A stretch of 64,000 nt of DNA from an uncultured delta proteobacterium (GCA_963737265.1 CAVTRY010000011.1:960001-1024000), one strand, 5' to 3'; shown: positions 20,442 through 30,891, numbered from the stretch's first letter. Translations and numbers: made by a program. The notes: generated from the sequence alone by a model not told the origin.

Positions 20442-21511
20442 CTTTCGCCGCGCCGCCGTCCGCCGTGGCCAGCAATGCGCGGCTGGACGAGCTCTTGCGT
20501 GCCGTGGAGGTGGCTCCGGAGAAGTACGACTTCTTCGCTCTTATGCGCCTCATCGAGTGCACGTGCGCCGATCGTGCACGCTTGGGGCAAGCCACCCGCC
20601 CGGTCGATGAACCCATCCGGCTCGGCCAAGAGCCATCCTTGGCTTTCGCGCCATCCACCCTCGCCTATGTCGTTCCATCCAAGGAAGGTCGACCACCGCG
20701 CATCGGCTCCTATTTTCTGGGGGTCTTGGGGCCCAACGGTCCGCTGCCGATTCACCTGACCGAGTACGTGCGCGATCGGTTGCGCAACTCGGACGACCCG
20801 ACCCTCATCCGGTTCTTCGATCTTTTCCACAACCGCGTTCTTACCCTCTTCTACCGCGCGTGGGCCAACGCCCAACCCACGGTGTGCCTGGACCGCCCCG
20901 GCTCCGACCGCTTCATGACCTATGTCGGCGCTCTTTTCGGCATCGGCTCGCCCGCCATGCTCGAACGCGACGAGTTTTCGGACAACGCCAAACGCTACTT
21001 CGCCGGCCGCTTCGCGCTTCAGACCAGAAACGCCGAGGGCCTGCGGGCCATGGTGCGCGACTACTTCGGCCTGCCCACCGTACTCGAAGAATTCATCGGC
21101 GAGTGGACGCCCCTGCAAGACGAAGCTCGTTGGCGCATCACCCGAGCCTCGCGCGCTGGCGCTCTCGGACTCTCGACCGTCTTGGGGGCGCGCGCCTGGC
21201 AACGGCAAACCAAGTTCCGCCTGACCTTTGGCCCGCTCAAGGAAGACGAATTCCAGAGCATGTTGCCCGGCGGCCGACGGCTTAAGCGACTCAAGGCACT
21301 AGTCCGCAACTACGTCGGCGATTCCCTGACCTGGGACGTGCGGCTGTTCCTCGACAAGCGGGTCAGCCGGCCCTTTCGGCTGGACCAATTCACCCGTCTC
21401 GGGTGGACATCCTGGCTCGGCCACTGTCCCGAAGGCGAAGGCCGCGAGGATCTCATCTTCAATCCCCACCAACCCAATGTTTCCGCATCCGCTTCGCCGT
21501 CTGTCTTGTAG
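20405..21511 (+). CDS. tssG: T6SS baseplate TssG
   Basis: RLGQEPSLAFAPS, GVLGPNGPLP, FFDLFHNR..LFYRAW, RLGWTSWL. Confidence 0.94.
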   Translation: MASEAGPTSGAVAFAAPPSAVASNARLDELLRAVEVAPEKYDFFALMRLIECTCADRARLGQATRPVDEPIRLGQEPSLAFAPSTLAYVVPSKEGRPPRIGSYFLGVLGPNGPLPIHLTEYVRDRLRNSDDPTLIRFFDLFHNRVLTLFYRAWANAQPTVCLDRPGSDRFMTYVGALFGIGSPAMLERDEFSDNAKRYFAGRFALQTRNAEGLRAMVRDYFGLPTVLEEFIGEWTPLQDEARWRITRASRAGALGLSTVLGARAWQRQTKFRLTFGPLKEDEFQSMLPGGRRLKRLKALVRNYVGDSLTWDVRLFLDKRVSRPFRLDQFTRLGWTSWLGHCPEGEGREDLIFNPHQPNVSASASPSVL

Positions 21512-21624
21512 AATCCCGTCCCGTCCACCTCGTCCCGCACCCATCCGAACCCCGCACTTATCCGAACCCGCACCCATCAACTGCACGCAGGGTGGCCATT
21601 CGTGCCACAGGAGGAAGACCCACG

Positions 21625-24384
21625 ATGTCCGAGATCTCACGCGTATCGCTGTTCGGAAAGCTGAACAGCCTGGGTTACAAAGCCATCGAAAGCGCCACCG
21701 TCTTCTGCAAGCTGCGCGGCAACCCCTACGTCGAGCTTGTCCACTGGTTCAACCAGCTGCTGCAATTGCCCGATTCCGACCTGCACCGGATCGTCCGCGA
21801 ATTTCAGATCGATCCGTCGCGCCTGGCGCGCGACATGACCGCCGCCCTGGACCGCTTGCCAAGAGGTGCGACCTCGATTTCCGATCTGTCCTCGCACATC
21901 GAAGAGGCCGTCGAGCGCGGTTGGGTCTACGGCACGCTGCTTTTCGGCGAATCGCAAGTGCGCACCGGTCATCTCGTGGTCGGAATGCTCAAGACGGCAA
22001 ACCTGCGCAACGCCTTGGCGTCGATGTCGCGCGAGTTCGACAAGATCAAGATCGAGCAACTGGTCGAGAAATTCGCCAGCATCGTGGGCGGCTCGCCCGA
22101 GAACACCATGCAGTCGAGCGACGGCTTCCAGACCGGCGGCGGCGCGGCGCCCGGCGAAGCCAGCGGCGCCATCGCGCCCGCGGCCATGGGCAAGCAGGAA
22201 GCGCTCAAGAAATACTCGGTCGACCTGACCGAACGCGCGCGCAGCGGCGAAATGGATCCCATCGTGGGACGCGACGAGGAAATCCGGCAAATCGTCGACA
22301 TCCTCATGCGCCGCCGCCAAAACAACCCGATTCTCACCGGCGAGGCCGGCGTGGGCAAGACCGCGGTCGTCGAAGGCTTCGCGCAGCGGATCGCCGCCGG
22401 CGACGTGCCCCCTCCGCTCAAGGATGTTTCGCTGCGCTCGCTCGACATCGGGCTGCTCCAAGCCGGTGCCAGCATGAAGGGCGAATTCGAAAATCGCCTG
22501 CGCCAGGTCATCGACGAGGTCCAATCTTCGCCCAAGCCCATCATTCTGTTCATCGACGAGGCCCACACCCTCATCGGCGCGGGTGGCGCGGCCGGGACTG
22601 GCGACGCCGCCAACCTGCTCAAGCCCGCGCTCGCTCGCGGCAAGCTGCGCACCATCGCGGCCACGACCTGGGCCGAATACAAGAAGCACATCGAAAAGGA
22701 TCCCGCGCTCACCCGGCGCTTCCAGGTGGTTCAGATCGGCGAGCCCAGCGAAGCCAAGGCCTTGCTCATGATGCGCGGGATCGCCTCGACGCTGGAAAAG
22801 CACCACCGCATCCAAATCCTCGACGAAGCCCTGGAATCCGCGGTCAAGCTTTCCCACCGCTACATTCCCGCGCGCCAGTTGCCCGACAAGTCCGTCAGCC
22901 TACTCGACACCGCGTGCGCGCGCGTGGCCATCAGCCAGCACGCCGTGCCCGCCGAGGTGGAAGACTGCCGCCGCCGCATTCAGGCCCTCGAGACCGAAAT
23001 CGAGATCATCAAGCGCGAAGACGCCGTGGGCGTCAGCGGGGCGGCGAAGCGCCAAACCGATGCGCAACAGAAGCTCGACGACGAGAAAAAACGCCTGGCC
23101 GGCCTCGAAGAACGCTGGAATGCCGAGAAGGCCCTGGTGACCGAGATTCTGGAACTGCGCGCGCAACTGCGCGGGGCCACGGAGAAGATCGAAGGTACCG
23201 CCAGCAAGCTCGAAGCCAAGGCAGAGAAGGCGAAGGGCGCCGCAGCGCCAGCGACGCCGCCAGCGACGCCCGCACCACCCCAGCCCCCGATTGACCGCGC
23301 GGCCCTGCTGGCCAAGCTCAAGACGGCCCAGGATGCCCTGACCACCTTGCAAGGCTACCATCCGCTGATTCTGCCCACGGTGGATGCCCAAGCCGTGGCC
23401 TCGGTGGTCGGCGATTGGACCGGTATCCCGGTCGGCCGCATGGTCAAGAACGAAATCGAAACCGTGCTCAAGCTGGCCGACACGCTCAATCAGCGCGTGA
23501 TCGGGCAACGCCACGGCCTGGAGATGATCGCCCGCCGGGTACAGACCTCGCGCGCGAACATCGAAAACCCCAACAAGCCCATCGGCGTGTTCATGCTGGC
23601 CGGACCGTCGGGCGTCGGCAAGACCGAAACCGCGCTGGCGCTCGCCGAGGGCCTCTACGGCGGCGAGCAGAACATCATCACCATCAACATGAGCGAGTAT
23701 CAGGAAGCGCACACGGTTTCCACGCTCAAGGGCTCGCCTCCAGGGTACGTGGGCTACGGCGAGGGCGGCGTGCTCACCGAGGCGGTGCGGCGGCGTCCCT
23801 ACAGCGTGGTCCTTCTCGACGAAGTGGAAAAGGCCCACCCCGATGTCCACGAGCTCTTCTTCCAAGTCTTCGACAAGGGCTGGATGGAGGACGGCGAAGG
23901 CCGGGTCATCGACTTCAAGAACACGCTCATCCTGCTCACCACCAACGTGGGCAGCGAGCTCATCATGAACATGTGCAAGGATCCAGCCCTGCTGCCCGAG
24001 CCCGAGGGCATCGCCAAGGCTCTGCGCGAGCCGCTGCTCAAGGTCTTCCCCGCCGCCCTACTCGGCCGCATGGTCACCATCCCGTACTACCCACTCAGCG
24101 ACGAGATGATCGGCAACATCGCGCGCCTGCAGCTCGGCCGCATCACCAAGCGCATCGGCGAAAGCCACAAGGTCCCGTTCACCTACAGCGACGAAGTCGT
24201 CAAGCTGATCGTCAGCCGCTGCACCGAGCTCGAAAGCGGCGGCCGCATGATCGACGCCATCCTCACCAACACCGTGTTGCCTGTCATCAGCAAGGAAATC
24301 CTCACCCGCATGATGGAAAGCAAGCCCATCACCCGCATCGCGACGACGGTCGTCGGCGGCGAATTGCACTACGACTTCGATTGA
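21625..24384 (+). CDS. tssH: T6SS ATPase ClpV (TssH)
   Basis: MSEISRVSLFGKLN, GEAGVGKT, LFIDEAH, GPSGVGKT, GYVGYGEGG, LLDEVEKAH; GGAGGA RBS. Confidence 0.97.
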   Translation: MSEISRVSLFGKLNSLGYKAIESATVFCKLRGNPYVELVHWFNQLLQLPDSDLHRIVREFQIDPSRLARDMTAALDRLPRGATSISDLSSHIEEAVERGWVYGTLLFGESQVRTGHLVVGMLKTANLRNALASMSREFDKIKIEQLVEKFASIVGGSPENTMQSSDGFQTGGGAAPGEASGAIAPAAMGKQEALKKYSVDLTERARSGEMDPIVGRDEEIRQIVDILMRRRQNNPILTGEAGVGKTAVVEGFAQRIAAGDVPPPLKDVSLRSLDIGLLQAGASMKGEFENRLRQVIDEVQSSPKPIILFIDEAHTLIGAGGAAGTGDAANLLKPALARGKLRTIAATTWAEYKKHIEKDPALTRRFQVVQIGEPSEAKALLMMRGIASTLEKHHRIQILDEALESAVKLSHRYIPARQLPDKSVSLLDTACARVAISQHAVPAEVEDCRRRIQALETEIEIIKREDAVGVSGAAKRQTDAQQKLDDEKKRLAGLEERWNAEKALVTEILELRAQLRGATEKIEGTASKLEAKAEKAKGAAAPATPPATPAPPQPPIDRAALLAKLKTAQDALTTLQGYHPLILPTVDAQAVASVVGDWTGIPVGRMVKNEIETVLKLADTLNQRVIGQRHGLEMIARRVQTSRANIENPNKPIGVFMLAGPSGVGKTETALALAEGLYGGEQNIITINMSEYQEAHTVSTLKGSPPGYVGYGEGGVLTEAVRRRPYSVVLLDEVEKAHPDVHELFFQVFDKGWMEDGEGRVIDFKNTLILLTTNVGSELIMNMCKDPALLPEPEGIAKALREPLLKVFPAALLGRMVTIPYYPLSDEMIGNIARLQLGRITKRIGESHKVPFTYSDEVVKLIVSRCTELESGGRMIDAILTNTVLPVISKEILTRMMESKPITRIATTVVGGELHYDFD

Positions 24385-24439
24385 CCGCCCGGCAACTGTC
24401 CGGCACAATTTCCACCAACAACTAGAATAGGGGTCACTC

Positions 24440-26573
24440 ATGGCACTGTTAGGACAAGACACGTTGGTTACCGGGCCCTTGGACAAGGGCGTGCTTCTTC
24501 TCGAGACATTCGCGGGTTATGAGGCGCTGGGGGAACCCTACAACTACGAGTTGACCCTTCTTTCCACCAACCCCGCCATCCCGGTGGGAGACGTGCTCGG
24601 CAAGCCTCTCACCGTCCACATCAAGCTCGACAGCGGCAAATATCGCTATTTCCACGGCATCGTCACCTATTTCGCCAAGGTCGGCCCGACCCACGGACAT
24701 ACCCGCTACGTCGCCGTCCTCAACCCACAACTTTCCCTGTTCGAGTACACGCGCGACTGCCGGATCATGGATGAAGAAGGCCAGACAGCCCTCAGCATCG
24801 TGACCGACGTGCTTGCCAAACGCGGGTTCACCGACGTCGACTCGGGTTCCATCAAGGACCACACCTATCGCCAACACGACTACTGCGTGCAATACTGCGA
24901 GAGCGATTCTCAACTTCGTGCACCGACTGCTCGAAGAGGAGGGCATCTATTACTTCTTCAAGCATGAAAACGGCCTGCACACGATGGTGCTTGCCGATTC
25001 CACCACCGCCCATGCCAAGGTACCCGGCTACGAAACCGTCCTCTGCCGCCCCATGCTCCACGCGCAAGCGCGCGATGAGGAGCACTTCTGGTCGCTCAGG
25101 GTAACCGGGGGACTTTACCCCGGCAAGCTCACCGTGGTGCGCGGATACGACTACACGCTCATCCGGCCATCCGCCGTCCAATTTGGCCAGCAGCCGTCGG
25201 GCGAGCCCCGGCCCGGCTCGGATTTCGAAGACTACGACTATCCAGGGGGACTTTCGCCAGAGGCGGAAGCCAACCAAGAAGCCCTGGTGCGCATGCAGAT
25301 GGACCGCGTCGCCAACACGGTGATCGAGGTCGAGGGCAACACCATGGGGCTAGGCGTGGGCGCCCTCGTCAGCCTCGCCAAGCCGTTGTCCATCGACGGC
25401 ATCGCCTTCAATCCCTTTTGGGGCGAAGACGGCTTCGCCAAGGAATACCTCATCACCTCCGCGCGCTACTCCATCAGCATCAACCAGTACGAATCCGGCG
25501 ACGTGGCGAAATCCGACCAGCCATTCAAGGCGAGCTACACCTTGCTCGACAGCCAGGTCCAGTTCCGCCCCCAGCGCGGGGCGAGCAAGCCCAGGATCGA
25601 AGGCCCCCAGACCGCCGTCGTGGTGGGGCCCGCCGACGAAGAAATCTGCACCGACACCGACAAGCTCGGCCGCGTGAAGGTGCAGTTCGACTGGGATCGC
25701 CTCGGCAAACACGACGAGAAATCCTCTTGCTGGGTCCGTGTGTCCCAAGCCTGGGCCGGGGCGAAATGGGGCGCCTTTCACCTTCCACGCATCGGCCACG
25801 AAGTCATCGTGGAATTCCTCGACGGCGATCCCGACCGCCCCATCGTCACCGGCCGGGTCTACAACGCCGACAACCTGCCGCCCTACGACTCGCCCACCCA
25901 AAGCGGCATCAAGAGCCGCAGCACCAAAGGCGGCACCCCCAGCAACTTCAACGAAATCCGCTTCGAGGATCTCAAAGGCAAGGAAGAGCTGCACATCCAG
26001 GCCGAAAAGGACATGTCGACGTTGGTGAAGAACAATGAATCGCTTTCCGTGGGCGGCGACCGCAGCGTCAGCGTCACCGGCAATCAGTCGGTGAGCATCT
26101 CTGGCAAGGGCTCTAGTCCCATTCATTCCACGACCAAGGTCACCGGCAAATACGATCTCGACGTCAGCGACACCATTCACATCAAGGCGCCGACGTCGAT
26201 CACGCTAGAATGTCCAGGCAGCAAGATCGAGATGCTGCCGGGGAAGATAACCATCACGTCGGGTGACGGATCGACGATCGTGCTGGACGCCAATGTTCTG
26301 ACCAAGGCAAGCGGAGGCGCGAATACGCTGCATGATGCTCATGTCCTATCGCAGTCGAACGATGGAGCAAAGGTGCTGCTCGACGCCAACGTTCGCGCCG
26401 AGTCGAGCGGCGGAAGCGCGTTACAACTGGACGGCAACGCTCTGGTTGACGGTAAAGGCACGGCTGACCTTCAGGGCGCATCATCGGCAGCCATCTCGGC
26501 GGGTGGCTCATCGGTCAAGACCAGCTCCGGCGGAATCGACGTGTCTGGCTCAATGGTAAATCACAACGTTTGA
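24440..26573 (+). CDS. vgrG: VgrG spike protein copy 1 (full length), single-base frameshift at ~24907
   Basis: YCVQY.ESD, LLEEEGIYYFF, GPQTAVVVGP, GRVKVQFDWDR, SCWVRVSQAWAG, PRIGHEVIVEFLDGDPDRP, HIQAEKDM; one extra T relative to copy 3 (gagcgattct vs gagcgatct). Confidence 0.93.
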
Positions 26574-27205
26574 GCACAGCGAATAAATCCCCCCTTGCGT
26601 CGGATGCCGGGCCTGAGTCGGTTGGGCTGGTAACCGTGGAGGCGTCCAGAATGAAACAGGACATGACGAACGCTGTCGCCATGGATGGCGAGTCCGCCCA
26701 AGCGGATCCGGCGAAGAGTGTCGCACCCGTTCCCATCGGCGACGGGTGGAGCGCTGAGCTTTCGCCCTTGCGCGGGGGCGCCATGCTGAGAGTTGGCCGG
26801 GATGCAACCGACCAGTCCATGGAAATAGCTATTTCCCTCACCAGCGATGGTCCCGTCCTGCGAGCACGGGCTGCATCCTTCGAGATCGAGGCCCAGAAGG
26901 ATCTCGTCGTGCGGTGCGAACGATTCCAGGTCGAGGCACGGGAATCCGTCGAAATAGTTTCGCGCGGAACGCTCCAGGCCCAGGGCCGCCGGGTCGAAAT
27001 CGAGGCAACCCATGGCTCGGCGCGGGTGTTGGCCAATGACGACGTGCAGCTGCTGGGAGAGAACGTCCTGCTCAATTGCGAGCACCCGCAACCCTCGTTG
27101 CCGGGCTGGGCTCTGCCACCACCCCTTGCCCCAGCTCCGACTCTCGCAGTCGAGCACGTGTCTGGGGACACCGACCTCGTTGCGGACTTGAAGGAGGGGC
27201 GATAG
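26570..27205 (+). CDS. Beta-strand-rich mini-spike-like protein 1
   Basis: Overlaps the vgrG stop; motif ANDDVQLLGENVLLNC shared with ORFs at 42000 and 44725. Confidence 0.6.
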   Translation: MSTANKSPLASDAGPESVGLVTVEASRMKQDMTNAVAMDGESAQADPAKSVAPVPIGDGWSAELSPLRGGAMLRVGRDATDQSMEIAISLTSDGPVLRARAASFEIEAQKDLVVRCERFQVEARESVEIVSRGTLQAQGRRVEIEATHGSARVLANDDVQLLGENVLLNCEHPQPSLPGWALPPPLAPAPTLAVEHVSGDTDLVADLKEGR

Positions 27206-27209
27206 AGCG

Positions 27210-28169
27210 ATGCGTCTGACCAACCAAACAGGTGCGGCGGCCTATCTCTACAAGGTGAATCTTCTCGAGCCTGAGTTGCGAGTCGTCGCGATCGTCAAGA
27301 AGACCTATGCGCTCGCCCCGGACGGCCGCCTAGCCGCAGCCGACGAGCCGCTCCCACTCGTCGTCGACCAGCTTGTCACTGAGCACGGATGCTTTCACGG
27401 CGAGATCTTTTTTCGCAAACGTGGCATAGACCTTTGCGTGCTCGGCACTGCCCGCTTCGAGACACCCGTCCGGCATGCACGGGTGAGGATCGATGTTGGC
27501 CCGTGGAATCACGAGCTGAGGGTCCTCGGCGATCGGGTGTGGACCCGAGACCGCAGCGGCACCCTGGTGCCGACCGCGCCGGCACCGTTCCAAGAAATGC
27601 CGATAAGCTATGCCCGAGCCTTCGGCGGAGTGGCGCAGGTCAACGGAGAAGATGTGCCTTTGCCCGACAATCCCCTCGGGCGCGGATACTACGAAGCTGC
27701 GGAACACGCGATCGGCAAGCCTCTGCCCAACATCGAACCCGCGAACTGGTCAGCCGCGTGCAGCTGGAACACGCACATTCCCGTCGCTGGCTGGGCGCCC
27801 TACCCGATGTACTGGGGGCTGCGCGCTTCACGCGCGGTCAAGGTCGAGCCGAAGAGCGGCGAGATCCTCGACGTGTCCACGGAGATCTTCAACCACGCCC
27901 ATCCCGAGTTGATCCTCGATCGCCTGGAACCGGGCACGCCCGTACGAATCACCGGCCTCCGCAAGGCTTCCATCGTCCTCGCTGTTCCGCGCGAACGTCC
28001 TCGCGTCGAATGTCACGTGGGCGAGAAAGTCTCCGAAGCCTTTGGGGAGATCGACGGCTTGTTTCTTTGGACCGACGCAAACCGGGTCGTGGTCACCTGG
28101 CGGGCTCGTTTTCGCTACGCCTTCCGACGCGAAGAAATCCGACGCGCAACCCTTAGCTTCGTGCAGTGA
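27210..28169 (+). CDS. DUF2169-like T6SS adaptor
   Basis: VAIVKKTY, LRVLGDRVW, MPISYARAFGG, NPLGRGY, LPNIE, FNHAHP. Confidence 0.85.
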   Translation: MRLTNQTGAAAYLYKVNLLEPELRVVAIVKKTYALAPDGRLAAADEPLPLVVDQLVTEHGCFHGEIFFRKRGIDLCVLGTARFETPVRHARVRIDVGPWNHELRVLGDRVWTRDRSGTLVPTAPAPFQEMPISYARAFGGVAQVNGEDVPLPDNPLGRGYYEAAEHAIGKPLPNIEPANWSAACSWNTHIPVAGWAPYPMYWGLRASRAVKVEPKSGEILDVSTEIFNHAHPELILDRLEPGTPVRITGLRKASIVLAVPRERPRVECHVGEKVSEAFGEIDGLFLWTDANRVVVTWRARFRYAFRREEIRRATLSFVQ

Positions 28170-28176
28170 GGATCCA

Positions 28177-29142
28177 ATGCCAGGTTTTCCAGTTCTAACC
28201 ACCCTTCAGCCAATCTTTGGCCTCGATGCTCACAAGTCGCTCCCGCCGCCTCCACCCGTGGGCCCCCTCATTCTCCCACACCCTGTCGTTTGGGTCTCTG
28301 GTCTCAGCCAGAAGACCGGCTTCATGTGGGCCATTGCTGCTACCAGCCGTGCCAGCTCGCCAGAGAGCGGTTGCCTCACGCCCACGCGCGTGGGCCCTGG
28401 CTATGCCTGCGGGCGAACGCACGACGCCGGCCCGCATCCAGGGCATATTTGGCCGAATGCGCTGCTTCCGCTCATTCTGCTCAGCTCAGCGAGCAAGGCC
28501 GAGTTTGGCTCGGGCACGGTAAAAACGGCCATCGCGCCACAGGCCGGTGGCTCGGCGGACATGTGCATCAATGTCGCTTTCGTTCTCAACACCAACCTCG
28601 ACTGCCAAGACTTTCCGTTTCCCCCCTTACCCTCAGGAATGTGCTTCACCACGAACTACACGGTCTATGCTGGCTTCACCTTCATCGATTTCCTGCGGGG
28701 AATAATGCAGATGTTCATGGATGCCGTGGTAACGTGGCTCGTGGGGTTGGGTTGTGCAGCGCTCTCCGTGGTGCTCAGCGGTGTGATTGGGAAGCTATTG
28801 GGCAGGGCCGCACTATCCGACATATTGGGAGGGTTTAAGGGAATCTTCAACCTGGGAGGTCAGAGCAATGCCGTCTCCAGGGCCGTCATCTCCGACTACG
28901 CCTTAAGCGGTCGGGCTTTCGTTGAAGGGTGGCGAGCCATTCCCGGAGCGCTTGCCTCTGCGTGGAAGCAAGCTCCAGTCGAGCAGATTGTGGGACCGGT
29001 TACCGGCCTCCTCGGAACCTTCGGCGCAGGGACACCCATTGGATATGCCCCAAAGGACGCGAAGGTTGGCGGATGGAATCCCGATCCCCATAGCACTGTC
29101 AATGCTTGGTACTCTAGTTGGATCGACAATTGGCACAAATAG
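28177..29142 (+). CDS. Non-canonical PAAR-like effector A with hydrophobic C-terminal region
   Basis: Pro/His-rich N-terminus (GLDAH..PPPP, RTHDAGPHPGH, SSASKAEFG..TVK) followed by TM-like helices; downstream of DUF2169. Confidence 0.65.
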   Translation: MPGFPVLTTLQPIFGLDAHKSLPPPPPVGPLILPHPVVWVSGLSQKTGFMWAIAATSRASSPESGCLTPTRVGPGYACGRTHDAGPHPGHIWPNALLPLILLSSASKAEFGSGTVKTAIAPQAGGSADMCINVAFVLNTNLDCQDFPFPPLPSGMCFTTNYTVYAGFTFIDFLRGIMQMFMDAVVTWLVGLGCAALSVVLSGVIGKLLGRAALSDILGGFKGIFNLGGQSNAVSRAVISDYALSGRAFVEGWRAIPGALASAWKQAPVEQIVGPVTGLLGTFGAGTPIGYAPKDAKVGGWNPDPHSTVNAWYSSWIDNWHK

Positions 29143-29153
29143 GACACGCCCTA

Positions 29154-29786
29154 ATGACCGCCCAGTCTTCACAATTGGAGGACATCGCGCGGACTCTCGG
29201 ATTCACCCTGGATGAGCTTGCGCTCAATCGTACCGGACAGATCTCAGCACGACAGTCTTGGGAGAACGTGCGCCTAGCGGCCTGGGGAATGGGGCTAATC
29301 GTGGCGGTTATTGTGGCGATTCTAGTTCTTGTCTTCATAATCAAGCCGACAGGAATCCTGCGGCTCGTCAACTGTCTCTTTCTGATTCCTGGATTTCTTG
29401 TTGTGTCGTATATTGGCTGCGTCTGGATACGCGGTGTCATCGAGCGGAGGGTTCTTGTTACCGAGGGCAGCCTGAGTTTCCATGGTGCGGGGCGAGGACC
29501 GCCAACTATGGTCATCGGGCAAGCCAGAGTCCCGGCTCCGCCGCACGCGAACGCCGTCCTGACGGAGAACACGCCATACCGGGTGTTCTATCTCGCCCAT
29601 TCGAGAATCTTCCTCAGCATAGAACCCTTCGCCCGGACGCATCAGCAGGTGGAAGGAATTCCCGATGAGCCCTTCCGCGCAGACAGCAGAGAACCTAACG
29701 AAGACGCCAACCCTGTCTGCCGTGGGCGTGGTGCGGGCCCTGACGGCAATAGCTGGCGCGTCGGCGTGGCCGGAAAGGAAGCCTGA
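29154..29786 (+). CDS. 2-TM membrane protein, putative immunity paralog A1
   Basis: LGFTLDELALNR.GQIS, two TM helices, YRVFYL...FLSIEP; directly after effector A. Confidence 0.65.
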   Translation: MTAQSSQLEDIARTLGFTLDELALNRTGQISARQSWENVRLAAWGMGLIVAVIVAILVLVFIIKPTGILRLVNCLFLIPGFLVVSYIGCVWIRGVIERRVLVTEGSLSFHGAGRGPPTMVIGQARVPAPPHANAVLTENTPYRVFYLAHSRIFLSIEPFARTHQQVEGIPDEPFRADSREPNEDANPVCRGRGAGPDGNSWRVGVAGKEA

Positions 29787-29843
29787 ATTGTCAACCGCGG
29801 ATGCACCCAGGATGCCGGGCCTGCATTTGGGGCGCATGTCCCA

Positions 29844-30332
29844 ATGACTGCTCAGCCTTCACAATTGGAGCACATCGCTCGGGCCCTCGGATTCACCCTG
29901 GATGAGCTTGCGCTCAATCGCCTTGGGCAGATCTCAGCCCATCAAGGATGGGAAATAGTACGCCAGGCGCTGGCCTTCGCCGGGGGCGCCTTGATGGGAA
30001 TCGGCGCGATCCTCGTCGTTGTCTTCCTAGTGAAACCAGTCGGGCTCTGGCGTCTGTGCTACGTATTGCTGGTAGCTGGGGCTGTGCTGATGATTGTCAT
30101 CGGGTCGCAGTCGATCGTGGCGGCCTGGCAGCACAAGGTCGTCAGTGCAGAAGGGGCATTGGATGTGCAAGTGTTTGGCCGAGGTGGCCCCATCATGTTC
30201 GTCGGCCGCGCGCATATTCCAGCGCCCACGGGAGCCGCGAGTGTTCTGACGAAAGGCGAGAATTACCGCCTCCATTACATCCAAGGCTTGGATCAATTCC
30301 TCAGCATCGAGCCGGTATCCAAGGCACCCTGA
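29844..30332 (+). CDS. 2-TM membrane protein, putative immunity paralog A2
   Basis: Same motifs as A1; 5' nucleotide sequence nearly identical to A1. Confidence 0.65.
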   Translation: MTAQPSQLEHIARALGFTLDELALNRLGQISAHQGWEIVRQALAFAGGALMGIGAILVVVFLVKPVGLWRLCYVLLVAGAVLMIVIGSQSIVAAWQHKVVSAEGALDVQVFGRGGPIMFVGRAHIPAPTGAASVLTKGENYRLHYIQGLDQFLSIEPVSKAP

Positions 30333-30348
30333 GGGCAGAGTATCTTCG

Positions 30349-30891
30349 ATGGCTTCCTCCACTCCAATCGTCGCAGCAGCGACCGTGTCCATGGAAGACT
30401 TCGCCAAACGTGTCGGATTCACGTTAGAGGATTTGGCGCTCAATCGCGTTGGCAAAGTCGCACCCCACCAACTTTCCGAAAGCTACACACAAGCGGCAGG
30501 CCTCGCGGGGGTCGTTCTGATCATGTTGGGTTTCGTTCTGGTCCTTTCCTTCTTTGGAAAGGTAGGCGTAAAAGGAATCATCTTGGTTGTGGTTTTCTCA
30601 GCCTTGGGCGTCGTGTTTGCCGTTCTGTCTTGGAAAACCATGGCTGGGGCATGGAAACGCAACGTAGCCAGCGCCGAAGGAAATCTCGTATTAACCCATT
30701 CACCTGGCTCGGCCAGGCAGATTGTGGTTATCGGGTCGTACAACTGGCACATCGACCCGGGAACGCCAGTCCCCGCCGTGCTTGTTCCAGGCGCGCGCTA
30801 TCGTGTGTTCTATCTGGCTGGCTCCGACATGTTTCTTAGCATCGAACCGGTCGCTGATGCTCCCACCCTAGATCAAGGAAAGTCGCAATGA
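30349..30891 (+). CDS. 2-TM membrane protein, putative immunity paralog A3
   Basis: GFTLEDLALNRVGKVA, two TM, YRVFYL...FLSIEP. Confidence 0.65.
   Translation: MASSTPIVAAATVSMEDFAKRVGFTLEDLALNRVGKVAPHQLSESYTQAAGLAGVVLIMLGFVLVLSFFGKVGVKGIILVVVFSALGVVFAVLSWKTMAGAWKRNVASAEGNLVLTHSPGSARQIVVIGSYNWHIDPGTPVPAVLVPGARYRVFYLAGSDMFLSIEPVADAPTLDQGKSQ

Noticed and set aside
13430-24384. Prophage tail or extracellular contractile injection system
   Set aside because: TssA, split TssB/TssC sheath, TagJ and ClpV are T6SS-specific; no capsid, terminase or tape-measure genes
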